A stretch of 64,000 bases of DNA from Spirulina sp. (GCA_044070495.1 JBIPSI010000004.1:1-64000); one strand, 5' to 3'. Counted from the first letter of the stretch, positions 17,734-28,867 are shown. The notes: generated from the sequence alone by a model not told the origin. Program-made: numbers and translations.

Positions 17734-20700
17734 CTAGGGATGGTCGCTGGGGGTGTAATCGGGATCTGGCTTAGGCAGGGCTGGGGTCGGGGTGTGTTCC
17801 CAGACAAAGAGCCAGTCCTCGATTTGTTTCAAGATGACGTAGAGGACGGGAACGACGAGCAGGCTGAGCACCGTGGCCACCAGCAAGCCGCCGAATACCG
17901 TGTAGCCGACCGACCAACGGCTGGCGCTGCCCGCCCCGGTGGCAATCAGCAGCGGGAAAAAGCCGACCAGGGAGGAAATGGCGGTCATGATGATGGGGCG
18001 GAACCGCTGTTCGGCGGCACTCACGGCGGCATCAAAAAGACCTACCCCCTGGCTGCGGGCTTGGTTGGCAAATTCCACAATCAGGATGGCGTTTTTGCTG
18101 GCGAGGCCGATTAGCATCACCAAGCCTACCTGGGCATAGACATTCAGGTCTAGCCCGCGCAGGTAGAGGAAGGTGAGCGCCCCCAGGATGGCCAGGGGCA
18201 CCGTCAGCAGAATAATAATCGGGTCGATGTAGTTTTCGTACTGGGCGGCCAGCACCAAAAACACCACCACAACCCCCAGACCAAAGATAATCCCGGCCAA
18301 CCCGCCGGAGGCAATTTCCTCCTTGGCGGTGCCCTGCCAGGCCATCCCCACCACGGGTAGAGCGGCCTGGGCGTGGGCATCGGTCATGGCTTGGATCAAC
18401 TGTCCGGTGCTGGCCCCAGGGGCAGGCAAGCCCTCCAGCTTGATCGACCGCAGCAGATTGAAGTGGTTAATTGTGGCTGGCCCCACCACCTCCCGCTGAC
18501 TCACCACCTCGCCCAGGGGTACCATGCTGCCCTGGCTGGAGCGCACATAGAGGTTGTTGATCTGCTCTGGGTTGCTGCGGAAGGGGGCATCGGCCTGCAC
18601 ATAGACCCGATAGTTGCGTCCGCCAAAGGTAAAGTCGTTGACGTAGCGGGAACCGAGGTAGGTGCTGAGGACGTTGAGGGCGTCATCCACATCCACATCC
18701 AGGGCCTTAAGCCGATCTCGATCTACGTCAAGCTGGATTTGGGGCGAACTGGCGGTGAACTGGGTGAACACCCCCATGGAGGCGGTCGACTGGTTGGCCA
18801 CGCCCATGATTTCGTAGGTGTTGCCGAGAAATTCCGCGATGCTCATTTGGTTGCCACTGCGGTCTTGTAACTGCATTTCCAGGGCACCCGTGGGGCTAAA
18901 GCCTGGCACCGGGGGGGCATTAAAGGCAATCACCATAGCTTCTTGAATGCCCTGGAGGGCACCGTTGACCTGCGGCAGCAAACCCATCACCGAGGACTGT
19001 GGCCCCCGCCGCTGATCCCAGGGGGCGAGGGTGGCAAAGAATACGCCTCGGTTGGGGGATGGCCCATCAAAGCCAAAGCCGCTGATTAAAAACGTGCTTT
19101 CCACCTCTGGAAATTGGGAAATAATCTCGTTGGTCTGGGCCATTACCCGCTCGGTGTATTCCAGGGAAACGCCATCGGGGGCCTGCACAATGCCCAGGAA
19201 GTAGCCCTGGTCTTCCTCCGGCACAAACCCTGTGGGCACCAGGCGCGACATAAACAGGGTGAGAAATAGCCCCACCACAAAGACCGCCAAAATTCCGTAG
19301 CGCAATCCCAGCAAGATCTGCACGATCCGTTGGTAGCGGGCCACCGTCCAGGCTAGCCCTTGGTTAAAGCGGTTGAACAGCCCCGATAACAGCGGCCCCC
19401 CATAGCCCTCGGTTGGGCGGGGACGCAGCAGCAGAGCCGACATGGTGGGAGAAAAGCTGAGGGCGTTGAACGTAGAGACCAACACCGTGAAGGCGATGGT
19501 GAGGGCGAATTGCTGATAGATCTTGCCCGTGCTGCCGGGGAAAAAGGCCACGGGAATAAATACCGCCATCAACACTAGGGACGTAGCGACCACCGCCCCA
19601 GAGAGTTCCTGCATGGCATCGAGGGCGGCGCGGCGGGGGTGAATGCCCTGGTCAATCTTGGCGGCGATGGCCTCCACAATCACGATGGCGTCATCCACCA
19701 CCAGACCCGAGGCCAAAATGCAGCCAAACAGGGTGAGGGTGTTGATGGAGAAGCCGAAGATTAGCAAAAAGGCCATAGCCCCAATCAACGACACCGGAAT
19801 GGCGATGGCTGGAATGAGGGTGGCTCGCCAGTCTTGCAAGAAAATAAATAAAATCAGCAGCACCAGCAGCACCGCCTGGGCCAGGGTAATCAGCACCTCC
19901 CGCAGTGACACCTTCACAAAGTCGGTGGTGTCAAACACCAGCTCGGCCCGCAGCCCAGGAGGAAAGCGGCTTTGCAGATCCGCGAGGCGATCCCGTACCG
20001 CCGTGGCTACCTCCAGGGCGTTGCTCCCCGGCAGTTGGTAGACCAGCAGCCCCGCCCCCAGTTTGCCCTCGGTTTTGACATCAAAACTGTAACTTTCCGA
20101 GCCGAGTTCCGCCCGACCCACATCCCGCAGCCGAATCAGGGTGCCCCCTTGGCCCACCTGCACCACCAGGTCTTCAAACTCCCTGGCCTCCGCTAGCCGA
20201 CCGGGCAGCCGCACCGTGAGCTGATAGTCCTGATCGCCCGGTGTGGGGGGTGCGCCAATGGCTCCGCCGCCAATTTGCACATTCTGTTCCCGCAGGGCGT
20301 TGATCACATCCTGGGGGGTAAGCCCCTGCCGCGCCAGGGCCGGAGGATCGAGCCAAATTCTCATGGCGTAGCGCCCTGCCCCAAACACCTGGGCGTTCCC
20401 CACGCCGTTGATCTGCTTCATTTCATCCAGCACAAACTGATCGACGTAGTTATTGAGGAACAGGGCGTCGTAGCGGTCATCGTCGGTGAAAAAGCGGTAG
20501 ACCAGCAAAATACTGGGGGACTGGGCATCCACCGTCACCCCCAGTTGGGTGACCTCGGCGGGCAGCAAGGGTTCCGCCTTAGACACCCGATTTTGCACGT
20601 TGACCTGGGCAATGTCCGGGTCTCGTCCGGGCTGAAACACCACATTAATGCTGGTTTGCCCCGTGTTGGTACTGCTGGAGGTGATGTAGTCCATCCCCTG

Positions 20701-20931
20701 CACCCCGTTAATTTCCCGCTCTAGCACGGTGGTCACGGCACTTTCCACGGTTTCGGCATCGGCCCCGCTGTAGTTGGCGGATACCTGAATTTGCAGGGGC
20801 GCTATCTCCGGCAGTTGCTCGATGGGCAGCAGCGGAATGGCCACCGCCCCCACCAGCACAATCAGCAGGGTGCAAACGGTGGTCAACACCGGGCGACGGA
20901 TGAAGGGTTCGGCCAGGGAAAAGATTGCCAT
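17734..20931 (-). CDS. RND efflux permease (AcrB/HAE1 family)
   Basis: FIRRPV, GLVVDDAIVIVE, GLASKNAILIVEFA and RFRPIIMT motifs. Confidence 0.96.
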   Translation of the reverse strand: MAIFSLAEPFIRRPVLTTVCTLLIVLVGAVAIPLLPIEQLPEIAPLQIQVSANYSGADAETVESAVTTVLEREINGVQGMDYITSSSTNTGQTSINVVFQPGRDPDIAQVNVQNRVSKAEPLLPAEVTQLGVTVDAQSPSILLVYRFFTDDDRYDALFLNNYVDQFVLDEMKQINGVGNAQVFGAGRYAMRIWLDPPALARQGLTPQDVINALREQNVQIGGGAIGAPPTPGDQDYQLTVRLPGRLAEAREFEDLVVQVGQGGTLIRLRDVGRAELGSESYSFDVKTEGKLGAGLLVYQLPGSNALEVATAVRDRLADLQSRFPPGLRAELVFDTTDFVKVSLREVLITLAQAVLLVLLILFIFLQDWRATLIPAIAIPVSLIGAMAFLLIFGFSINTLTLFGCILASGLVVDDAIVIVEAIAAKIDQGIHPRRAALDAMQELSGAVVATSLVLMAVFIPVAFFPGSTGKIYQQFALTIAFTVLVSTFNALSFSPTMSALLLRPRPTEGYGGPLLSGLFNRFNQGLAWTVARYQRIVQILLGLRYGILAVFVVGLFLTLFMSRLVPTGFVPEEDQGYFLGIVQAPDGVSLEYTERVMAQTNEIISQFPEVESTFLISGFGFDGPSPNRGVFFATLAPWDQRRGPQSSVMGLLPQVNGALQGIQEAMVIAFNAPPVPGFSPTGALEMQLQDRSGNQMSIAEFLGNTYEIMGVANQSTASMGVFTQFTASSPQIQLDVDRDRLKALDVDVDDALNVLSTYLGSRYVNDFTFGGRNYRVYVQADAPFRSNPEQINNLYVRSSQGSMVPLGEVVSQREVVGPATINHFNLLRSIKLEGLPAPGASTGQLIQAMTDAHAQAALPVVGMAWQGTAKEEIASGGLAGIIFGLGVVVVFLVLAAQYENYIDPIIILLTVPLAILGALTFLYLRGLDLNVYAQVGLVMLIGLASKNAILIVEFANQARSQGVGLFDAAVSAAEQRFRPIIMTAISSLVGFFPLLIATGAGSASRWSVGYTVFGGLLVATVLSLLVVPVLYVILKQIEDWLFVWEHTPTPALPKPDPDYTPSDHP

Positions 20932-21080
20932 GGGGCTTCAGCTAAAGGGCAACGGAGAACCGCTATGGGGGCGTTTCAGGGGAACGAGTCAGTCGAGGAG
21001 ATCAAAAACAACACAGTAGGGTAGGCATCTTGCCTGCCACGGAACCAGCCAAGATGGCTGTTCTACGTAGGGTTTGCGAT

Positions 21081-22385
21081 CTACTGAGTCTGAGAAGTCT
21101 GGGCAGGGGCCTGGGAACTCGAGGTCGAACCAGGGGCCGATCCAGGAGCCGCTTCAGGGGCAATGGGTACTCCGTCCTGGAGCTTGAGGATATTGGTAAT
21201 CACGACGCTATCCCCCGACTGAAGCCCGTCCAGCACCTGGTAGCTATTGCCCTGGATGGTGCCTAGGGTAACCGGGCGCTGGCTAGCTACCACCTGGGTT
21301 TGGCCGTCCTCGGTGGGGCGATCCTCGGCCACAAACACAAAGTTTTGCCCCGCCAGCCGCGACACTGCCACTGTGGGCAGCAACAGCGAGGGGGTCGTGT
21401 TCCAAATAATCCGGGCGCGTACCAGTTGGCCATCCCGCAGCCGCCCACCGCCATTGGGAAAGCGGGCCTTCACCAGCACTGCCTGGGCTGCTTCGTCCAC
21501 CTCTGGGGCAATAAAGCCAATGCTTCCGGTGCCCAAGGGCGCTCCGGTTTCCGAGTCAATCAGCTCCACGGCAAGCCCTAGGCGCAGTTGGTTCGACCGC
21601 GTGGTGGGTACCTGAATCCGTAGGAACAAGTCTTGGTTTTGGATGATGGTGGTAATGGTTTGCCCCGCGTTGACAAAATCCCCCACTCGCACCGGCACAT
21701 CCCCCACAATCCCCGCCACCGGAGCTGTCACCTGGGTAAAGCCAAGGGATTCTTGGTTGACGCTAACTTGGGCCTGGGCCTGATTCACAGTCGCTTGGGC
21801 CTGGGCTAGCTGAGCCTGGGCAGCCCGGAGGTTTTCCGTGGCCTGCCGCTGGGCCGCCTGGGCCACCGCTAGGCGATTGCGGGCCTCATCTAAATCCTGA
21901 CGGCTGAGGGCACCCTGGCTAGCAAGGCGCTCGGTGCGACCAAATTCCACCTGGGCCAGTTGCACCTCCGCATTAGCCCGATCCACCTGGGCCTGGGCCG
22001 CATCGATCTGAGCCTGGGCCGCCTGTTGACCAAACTGAGCCGCCTGGGCACCCGCCGCCGCCCCCGCCACCTGGGCCTGGGCTTGGTCGGGGCGAAGCTG
22101 CACCACGGGCTGCCCTGGATTAACCGCCGCCCCCGCCGCCACAAAAAGCTGGCTAATGCGCCCTGCCACCTCTGGCCTGAGGATCACCCGCTGCTCGGCC
22201 TCTAGGGCACCGATAAACTCGGAACTTTCCGCCAAAGGTTCAGCCTGTAACGCCTGCACCTGCACGGGCACAGCGGGGGGAGCCATCATCTGAGGAGCCG
22301 AACGGCTACAGGCAACGCCCACCACCGAACAAACGGCTATGGCTCCAGAGATACGCCAAGACGAAGGAAAACGATGGATGGCCAT
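21081..22385 (-). CDS. RND periplasmic adaptor (membrane fusion) lipoprotein
   Basis: Lipobox-like VAC, lipoyl halves, long Ala/Gln coiled coil; adjacent to the RND permease. Confidence 0.93.
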   Translation of the reverse strand: MAIHRFPSSWRISGAIAVCSVVGVACSRSAPQMMAPPAVPVQVQALQAEPLAESSEFIGALEAEQRVILRPEVAGRISQLFVAAGAAVNPGQPVVQLRPDQAQAQVAGAAAGAQAAQFGQQAAQAQIDAAQAQVDRANAEVQLAQVEFGRTERLASQGALSRQDLDEARNRLAVAQAAQRQATENLRAAQAQLAQAQATVNQAQAQVSVNQESLGFTQVTAPVAGIVGDVPVRVGDFVNAGQTITTIIQNQDLFLRIQVPTTRSNQLRLGLAVELIDSETGAPLGTGSIGFIAPEVDEAAQAVLVKARFPNGGGRLRDGQLVRARIIWNTTPSLLLPTVAVSRLAGQNFVFVAEDRPTEDGQTQVVASQRPVTLGTIQGNSYQVLDGLQSGDSVVITNILKLQDGVPIAPEAAPGSAPGSTSSSQAPAQTSQTQ

Positions 22386-22482
22386 AGGCGCTCAGAAAAA
22401 TTGCACCCACCCATCTTAAAACAGAAACTAAACTGATGAGTAAAGTTGTAAAAGTTGGCAGGTCTAGCCTAACCCTCTGTCC

Positions 22483-22920
22483 CTAGCGGCGCACCATGCC
22501 CGCAAACCCTGATGCCTTGAACTGCCTCAGTTGTAACGGTTCGGGCTGGTTGGCGGCCACGGAAATGCGGATTTCAAACTCACTTTCGCCGGGGAGCACT
22601 TCGGGAATGCCGCCTAGACGGGTGCGGTTTTGCATGACTGGGTTATCGTCGGCGTCGTAGATGCGGCCAAAGATATCCACATCCATCACGGGCTTGCCGG
22701 AACGGTTAATGGCCTTGCCCGTAATCAAAAAACAGTTGGCCTCTTGGATGGAACCCGCTGCCACCATGCCATCGGCGTATTCCGGGGGACAGGGCTTATA
22801 GGCAATGTCGCTCAGATCAATGGGGGTCAGGGCTTCGGCGGTGAGTCCCCAGCCGCTCAACAGCCAGAGCATCGCCACCAAAATGCCCGTTACAATACTG
22901 CGGAATACCATAGTTCCCAT
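22483..22920 (-). CDS. Conserved cyanobacterial exported hypothetical protein
   Basis: Signal peptide (AEA), paired Cys, and D.FGRIYDA..NPV..NRTRLG motif. Confidence 0.75.
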   Translation of the reverse strand: MGTMVFRSIVTGILVAMLWLLSGWGLTAEALTPIDLSDIAYKPCPPEYADGMVAAGSIQEANCFLITGKAINRSGKPVMDVDIFGRIYDADDNPVMQNRTRLGGIPEVLPGESEFEIRISVAANQPEPLQLRQFKASGFAGMVRR

Positions 22921-22994
22921 CGCCCTTCAACATAAGCCGTTACTAGGGTAACGCTGTTTTGGGCGATAGGGAAATCGCCGGGGGATCGGTCATT

Positions 22995-23858
22995 CTAGGC
23001 CGTTTGATCTAGCCAAGCCACCAAAGCCTGCCGCATGGTATCCACGGGAACGGGCCGCTGGAGCCATTGTTCTAGGGCGATGGCTCCCTGTTGCACCAGC
23101 ATTTCTAGACCGTCCTGGGTCGATAATCCCCGCTCCGCTGCCAGGGTAAGCAAGCGGGTGGGGCGAGGGGTGTAAATCAGGTCGTACATCAGACCGTGAG
23201 CCGGAATCAGCGCCAGTTCATCGACGCCTAACGGGGTTTGATCGGCGGTGTGGTGCATCCCGATGGGGGTGGTGTTGATGACGAGATCCGCTTGTGGCAA
23301 AAGTTGGGGTAACTCTTCCCAGCCATGGACAGACAGCGGCGGGGTGAGGGGAGAATTGGCCCAGCTTGCTTCAAATTCAGCTAATTTAGACTGATTTCGT
23401 CCTACGACCTGAATGTTGGTCAAGCCCAATCGCTGACAACCTACGACCACCGCCCGCGCCGCGCCGCCATTGCCCAGCACCACCGCCGTTGCCGCCGACC
23501 AGTCTTGCCCTTGCAGCGGCACCATAAAGCCCGCCACATCAGTATTCGTACCTGCCCAGCCCTGTTCCGTGCGCCACACCGTGTTCACCGCCCCCACCGC
23601 CTGGGCCTCTGGTGTTACCGTGGCCAAAAGGGACAAAATCGCCTGCTTGTGGGGAATGGTGATGCTAAACCCCTTCACTCCCACCGCCGCCAAACCCGCT
23701 ACGGCCCTGGCTAAGTCCTCTGCTTTAACCGGAAACGGCACATAGGCGTAGTCCACCCCCAGTTCCGCTAGGGCGGCATTGTGCATCACTGGGGAGAGGG
23801 AATGGGCTACTGGGTCGCCAATAATGCCAAGCAGTTGAGTCGTTCCAGTAATCGTCAT
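22995..23858 (-). CDS. aroE: Shikimate dehydrogenase
   Basis: HSLSPVMHN, TIPHK, GAVNT, NTD, GNGGAARA and DGLEMLVQQG motifs; the longer ORF start is repeat-derived. Confidence 0.96.
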   Translation of the reverse strand: MTITGTTQLLGIIGDPVAHSLSPVMHNAALAELGVDYAYVPFPVKAEDLARAVAGLAAVGVKGFSITIPHKQAILSLLATVTPEAQAVGAVNTVWRTEQGWAGTNTDVAGFMVPLQGQDWSAATAVVLGNGGAARAVVVGCQRLGLTNIQVVGRNQSKLAEFEASWANSPLTPPLSVHGWEELPQLLPQADLVINTTPIGMHHTADQTPLGVDELALIPAHGLMYDLIYTPRPTRLLTLAAERGLSTQDGLEMLVQQGAIALEQWLQRPVPVDTMRQALVAWLDQTA

Positions 23859-23903
23859 AGGAATCAGAGAAACAACAGAATTGAGTGTGGGCAACGACTT
23901 TGG

Positions 23904-24037
23904 GATCCCCCCAGCCCCCCTACCCTGCGGGAAGTCGCAAGCGTCTATAAAAAGGGGGGAATTGGAGTTAAAGTCTCCCTTCAAAAGGGCTAAGTCCGAT
24001 TCAAAGTCCCCCTTCCCAAGGGGGATTTAGGGGGATC
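23904..24037. repeat. GATCCCCC...GGGGGATC hairpin element (3 units) with a nested 26-bp insert
   Basis: Same ends as 2392-2500; the insert at 23922-23947 interrupts CCCCCCTTAAAAAGGGGGG. Confidence 0.8.
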
Positions 24038-24064
24038 GGATTGCTCTCGTTGGCCGTCAGTCCC

Positions 24065-25663
24065 CTAATTGATAGGTACGTCCCCAACCCTGTCTTCGTA
24101 CATCAGGACAATTTTATCCACCACCTGACCAATAGACAGACCATCAGTAATCAGTTCCACCGCATCCTCGGCCTTTTTCAAGGGGGCCACGCGGCGGGTG
24201 CTGTCCTTGCGGTCGCGGTCGTCAATGGCGCGTTCTAGGGCAGCGAGGCTTTCCACGGGTTGCTGCTGGGCCTTTAGGTCTTGCTGGCGACGACGCGCCC
24301 GTTCGGCCACGGAAGCGGTGAGGAAAATCTTTAGTTCGGCGTGGGGAAACACTTGGGTGCCAATGTCGCGACCTTCCATCACCACGCCCCCGGCAATGCC
24401 GTACTGCTGTTGTTGCTTCAGCAGCACCTTGCGAACAATGGGCTGGGCGGCAATGGTGGAGACCTGGGCGGTGACGCTAGGATGGCGGATGAGTTCTGTG
24501 ACCTCTTGGCCGTTTAGCCAAATGCGGCTGGGGTAGGCGGCAAAGGCGGGGTCATCCCCAGAGGCGGCGAGTTTCAGATGGCAATCCTGCAACAGTTCCG
24601 CCACGGCGACTTCGTCCTGGAGGTCAATCCCCTGCTGAAGGGCTTGCCAGGTGATGGCGCGATACATGGCCCCACTGTCTAAATACAGCAGGCCCAAACG
24701 CTTAGCCACCTGGCGGGCCACGGTGGATTTCCCGGCTCCGGCGGGGCCATCAATGGCCAAAATGGGCTGACGGTGGCGCAGCAGAATATTGTCAATCAGG
24801 CGGGTTTGGCCCAGGTAGGCGGCTACGGCCAGCAGCCCTGTGGATTCAACCTTGTCCAGAGGCACCAGGGTTTCAGGATGCACGAGTTCCACATACTGGG
24901 GCTGCACCGCTGGCACCTGACCCAAGGTGCGATCCACCGCTTCAATCAGCACGGGGCTAGATCGTTCCCCCGCCTTAAACTTCGCCTGGGCCGCCATCAA
25001 CCCCCGATACAGTACTGTGCCCTCCTCCCGCTCCGCCTCACTCAGGTAGGCATTGCGAGAACTGAGGGCGAGGCCGCTGTCTTCTCGCACGGTGGGGCAA
25101 CCGACAATTTGGGTGGGCAGGTTCAAATCCTGGGCGAGGCGCTTAATGATGGCAAACTGCTGAGCATCCTTGCGGCCAAAGTAGGCCCGTTCCGGCTGCA
25201 CTAGACTCAGCAACTTCGTCACCACCGTGGCCACCCCCTCAAAATGGCCGGGGCGATGGGGGCCACAGAGCACCGCCATCATCGCCGCCGGGGGCACCAC
25301 CTGGGTCAGCCCTGCCGAGGCCGGACTATCGCTACCGTAGAACCCCTGGGGCGTCGGCATAAACACCGCGTCTATCCCCATCTGCTCACAGATTTGCAGG
25401 TCTTGGCTGGGGGTTTGGGGATAGCGGGCCAAATCCTCCCCCGGCGCAAACTGGATGGGGTTGAGGAAAATGCTGACCACCACCAGATCGTTCTCCCGCC
25501 GCGCCCGCTCCATCAGGCTTTGGTGCCCTGCATGGAGTCCTCCCATCGTAGGCACAAGACCCACCGTCAGCGTCCCCGTTCGGCCCTGGCGCTTTTGGGC
25601 CAAGTAACAGGTCAGTCCGTCCACGGTCTTCAGTATTCGCACCACCTGCGTTCTCTCCGTCAT
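24065..25663 (-). CDS. panC/cmk: Bifunctional pantoate-beta-alanine ligase / cytidylate kinase
   Basis: VPTMGGLHAGH, FGRKDAQQ and RLIDN, followed by IDGPAGAGKST and EGRDIGT; start approximate. Confidence 0.96.
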   Translation of the reverse strand: MTERTQVVRILKTVDGLTCYLAQKRQGRTGTLTVGLVPTMGGLHAGHQSLMERARRENDLVVVSIFLNPIQFAPGEDLARYPQTPSQDLQICEQMGIDAVFMPTPQGFYGSDSPASAGLTQVVPPAAMMAVLCGPHRPGHFEGVATVVTKLLSLVQPERAYFGRKDAQQFAIIKRLAQDLNLPTQIVGCPTVREDSGLALSSRNAYLSEAEREEGTVLYRGLMAAQAKFKAGERSSPVLIEAVDRTLGQVPAVQPQYVELVHPETLVPLDKVESTGLLAVAAYLGQTRLIDNILLRHRQPILAIDGPAGAGKSTVARQVAKRLGLLYLDSGAMYRAITWQALQQGIDLQDEVAVAELLQDCHLKLAASGDDPAFAAYPSRIWLNGQEVTELIRHPSVTAQVSTIAAQPIVRKVLLKQQQQYGIAGGVVMEGRDIGTQVFPHAELKIFLTASVAERARRRQQDLKAQQQPVESLAALERAIDDRDRKDSTRRVAPLKKAEDAVELITDGLSIGQVVDKIVLMYEDRVGDVPIN

Positions 25664-25801
25664 CGTTCCAGTACCGTTTCCGTGGGCCACCCCTGTGACA
25701 GATGAACATCTGGCCACTCTTAGCCAAAGCTAATACCCTATCAGATTATCGTTAGCCACAGATAGCCGCCTAGATGACCGTCATCCATTCCTCAGCCCAT
25801 C

Positions 25802-25830
25802 AAAAAAGCCCTACGGCAAATCCGCAGGGC
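25802..25830 (-). terminator. Intrinsic terminator downstream of rlpA
   Basis: Minus strand GCCCTGCGG-ATTTG-CCGTAGGGC followed by T6. Confidence 0.7.
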
Positions 25831-25935
25831 ATCCTTGAAAATCAACCTTGAAAACTAGAGAAAAGGGCGAGGGTAAGCCTTAGCCAAGCTCCCATAGGCA
25901 TTCCCTGATCGAGGCATACCTAGACCGTCCTTAAC

Positions 25936-26955
25936 CTAAGGATTGGACAGCACCTCAACTTGTACCTGACCCACCCCACTAGCCCGCAGACCAATTTGGC
26001 CCGCCGCAGCGGCAGAGAGGTCAATAATGCGGCCACGGCTGAAGGGGCCACGGTCGTTGATGCGAACAATCACCTGCTGTCCGGTGCGAAGATTCGTTAC
26101 CCGCACACGGGTGCCAAAGGGCAGGGTGCGGTGGGCAGCGGTTAGGTCGTTTTGGTTGAATACTTCGCCACTGGCACTGCGCCGACCATGGAACCCAGGC
26201 CCATACCAGGAGGCGGTTCCAGTCAACGTTGAGGTGACAACGCCTACCTGGGGAGCCGCAGGACGCACGGGTTCAGGCATTCCTTCCACTCGGCTGAGGG
26301 CGGGGGCATCCCCTAGCAAGCGGCGCATCCGATTGGCAATGTGGAGTACGTCTTCGGCGGGGTTTTCGGTGGTGTCGGGCAGAATAGTCTGGCGATTCAC
26401 CGTCAACAGCACTTCATCTTCCCAGGCCACTACGAAGGCTTGCTGATCGGCCAGCCAGCGGGCCTCAATGTCGGCGGGATCTTCGGTTTCGGCCAGGGCC
26501 AGCAGCCGATCTACAATTTCGTTGGCGCGATCCACCGGGTCTGGATCGGCTTCAGTTGGGGCGTTGGGGGTTTCCTTCGATTCGCCCAGGGTAGCGAGTT
26601 CGTCACCAATCAGCGTGATCACCGGGATGGAACGCAGGTAGACCGTAGCGGCTTGGTTGGCATCAAGGGCGTGGGGGAAAACCGCCACAAGGTCGTCAGA
26701 AATGGGTTGACGAGGATTGGAAGTTACTAAATTAGCTTCGTCGCTCGTCTCAGCCTCGGCAGAGGAGGGATCGGCGGTGAGGGCCGTTGTAGCGGTTTCG
26801 GGGAGAACTGAGGCAGCGGAGGCTAGGAGAAAATCAAGTTCGGACTCTGAGGATTGGCGAGAATCGCCGGTGGACTGCGCGTGACTGGGCAGAGGTGCTC
26901 CAAAGGTGGACAGGATAACGGCAGCCGTTAGCCCACCCAATACAGACTGTTTCAT
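25936..26955 (-). CDS. rlpA: Septal ring lytic transglycosylase RlpA family protein
   Basis: C-terminal DPBB domain: ASWYGPGFHG, TAAHRTLPFGT, VRINDRGP, IIDLS. Confidence 0.92.
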   Translation of the reverse strand: MKQSVLGGLTAAVILSTFGAPLPSHAQSTGDSRQSSESELDFLLASAASVLPETATTALTADPSSAEAETSDEANLVTSNPRQPISDDLVAVFPHALDANQAATVYLRSIPVITLIGDELATLGESKETPNAPTEADPDPVDRANEIVDRLLALAETEDPADIEARWLADQQAFVVAWEDEVLLTVNRQTILPDTTENPAEDVLHIANRMRRLLGDAPALSRVEGMPEPVRPAAPQVGVVTSTLTGTASWYGPGFHGRRSASGEVFNQNDLTAAHRTLPFGTRVRVTNLRTGQQVIVRINDRGPFSRGRIIDLSAAAAGQIGLRASGVGQVQVEVLSNP

Positions 26956-27722
26956 ACACACCAGAAGAGATCAACAGGGAGGACGGTGCTCAATCCTGGG
27001 GCCAAAACTGGCAACAAGACAGGTTTCACGGGACAACCTTGCGGCACGAATCCGTTACAAAGGTTTACTCTCGGCTTTTTGTCGAAACGTAACTTAGCAC
27101 GAAGCTCTTGGGTTGCGAATCCGGGGAAAATCCCGAGATTAATCTCTGGCAGCCAAAAATAGCAGGTGACTAACCTAGCCCAATTTTTGCAACCGCCCAT
27201 CATATCGGGCTTTGGGAGCGTTAGCCTAGGGGGTAGAGAATTTTAATTTTCTTATATTTAAGGGATGCTTTGTTTACTAAAACTCATCAATACATCCGTC
27301 GAAAAGGGGAGGGTAAATCCAAAATCAGGCCCCATGAAACCCAAGTCGATGATCCTTGAGGGACAGGGCTCTAAGCAAATATAAGGTCGCTGAGTTGCCT
27401 TTGCTACCCCAAAGTCGCGCATCTTACGGAGGACTGGGGCTTTGTTGCGACCAAGGTGAGGCACACCAGATTTGCGGTGGCCCTACGACAATGCCCTGCC
27501 GCAATAATGCGGTGATTCCTAGAATTTCTGGTTCGCCATGGGTGGCTGCGTCAACGGCTGTAAGGGTTGTGGCTTGGCCCATCTTTAGGCCATCGTCACC
27601 TATCCATCGGCCCATCAACGTCTGATCAACCTAGATAGCGTCCCTATATAAGGTTCGATAACGTCCTATAAATAAGAGACGAATTAACGCAACAAACGAC
27701 AGTTAAGGAAGACGTTTCCCCT

Positions 27723-28775
27723 ATGGATTATCGTGAGGCCGGAGTGGACGTGGTGGCAGGGCGCGACTTTGTGCAGCGCATTCGGGCCATGGTGGAGGGC
27801 ACCCGTCGCCCGGAGGTGCTCGGAGCCTTGGGGGGCTTTAGCGGGCTGTGCGAAATACCGGCGGGCTATCGGCAACCCGTGCTGGTTTCCGGCACCGATG
27901 GGGTGGGCACCAAGCTCAAAATTGCCCAACTCACCCAGCGCCACAGCACCGTCGGCATCGACCTGGTGGCCATGTGCGTCAACGATATTTTGACCTGTGG
28001 GGCCGAACCCCTATTTTTCTTGGACTACCTCGCCACGGGTAAGCTAGAACCCGAAACCCTGGCCCAGGTGGTCTCTGGTATTACCCAGGGCTGTGGGCAG
28101 GCGGGCTGTGCCCTGCTGGGGGGGGAAACGGCGGAAATGCCAGGGTTTTACGCCCCTGGGGAATACGACTTGGCTGGGTTTTGCGTTGGCGTGGTGGAAA
28201 AATCCCAAATCCTCGACGGCAGCCAGGTGCAGCTTGGCGACCGGGTGATCGGCCTCGCCAGCAGCGGCGTTCACAGCAACGGCTTTAGCCTGGTGCGCAA
28301 GGTAGTCAGCGAAGGCAAGCGCCTCGACGGTGACGGCAGGGGCTACGACTGGGCCGAGGTGGTGCCGAGTCTGGGGAATCGTTCCCTGGGAGAGGTTTTC
28401 CTCACCCCCACCACGATTTATGTAGAAGCTGTGCTGGCGGCCCGTCGGGAGGGCTTGCCCATCCACGCCATGGCCCACATTACGGGCGGCGGTTTGCCCG
28501 AAAACCTGCCCCGCTGCCTTGCCCCCGGTCAAAGCCTGCACCTTACTCCCGGCACCTGGCCCGTGCTACCTGTGTTTGAATGGCTAGCGGCGGCGGGGGA
28601 CGTTCCCCTGCGGGACATGTACCACACCTTTAATATGGGCATCGGCTTTGCGCTGATTGTCCCCGCCGATCAGGCCGAGACTGTCCTAAATTGGCTGACC
28701 CAGCGCCAAATCTCCGCCTACGCCATCGGTGAGGTTGTGGCTGGCGAAGGTGAAGTCCTAGGACTACCCGATTGA
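27723..28775 (+). CDS. purM: Phosphoribosylformylglycinamidine cyclo-ligase
   Basis: [31 protein letters not shown] and HITGGG motifs. Confidence 0.98.
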   Translation: MDYREAGVDVVAGRDFVQRIRAMVEGTRRPEVLGALGGFSGLCEIPAGYRQPVLVSGTDGVGTKLKIAQLTQRHSTVGIDLVAMCVNDILTCGAEPLFFLDYLATGKLEPETLAQVVSGITQGCGQAGCALLGGETAEMPGFYAPGEYDLAGFCVGVVEKSQILDGSQVQLGDRVIGLASSGVHSNGFSLVRKVVSEGKRLDGDGRGYDWAEVVPSLGNRSLGEVFLTPTTIYVEAVLAARREGLPIHAMAHITGGGLPENLPRCLAPGQSLHLTPGTWPVLPVFEWLAAAGDVPLRDMYHTFNMGIGFALIVPADQAETVLNWLTQRQISAYAIGEVVAGEGEVLGLPD

Positions 28776-28799
28776 GCCTTGCCCCCACAATGCCGGTAC

Positions 28800-28867
28800 A
28801 GAAACCCGGTTTCTGCCCTTGGAAGGGCTAAACCTCGTCGGCACACCAACGAAGAAACCGGGTTTCT
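28800..28867. repeat. Inverted pair AGAAACCCGGTTTCT / AGAAACCGGGTTTCT with a 38-nt spacer
   Basis: Between the convergent purM and tenA-like stops. Confidence 0.82.

Noticed and set aside
23859..23984. N-terminal extension of AroE (similarly 4541-4594 and 57204-57269)
   Set aside because: These extensions are translated repeat elements upstream of the family-typical starts
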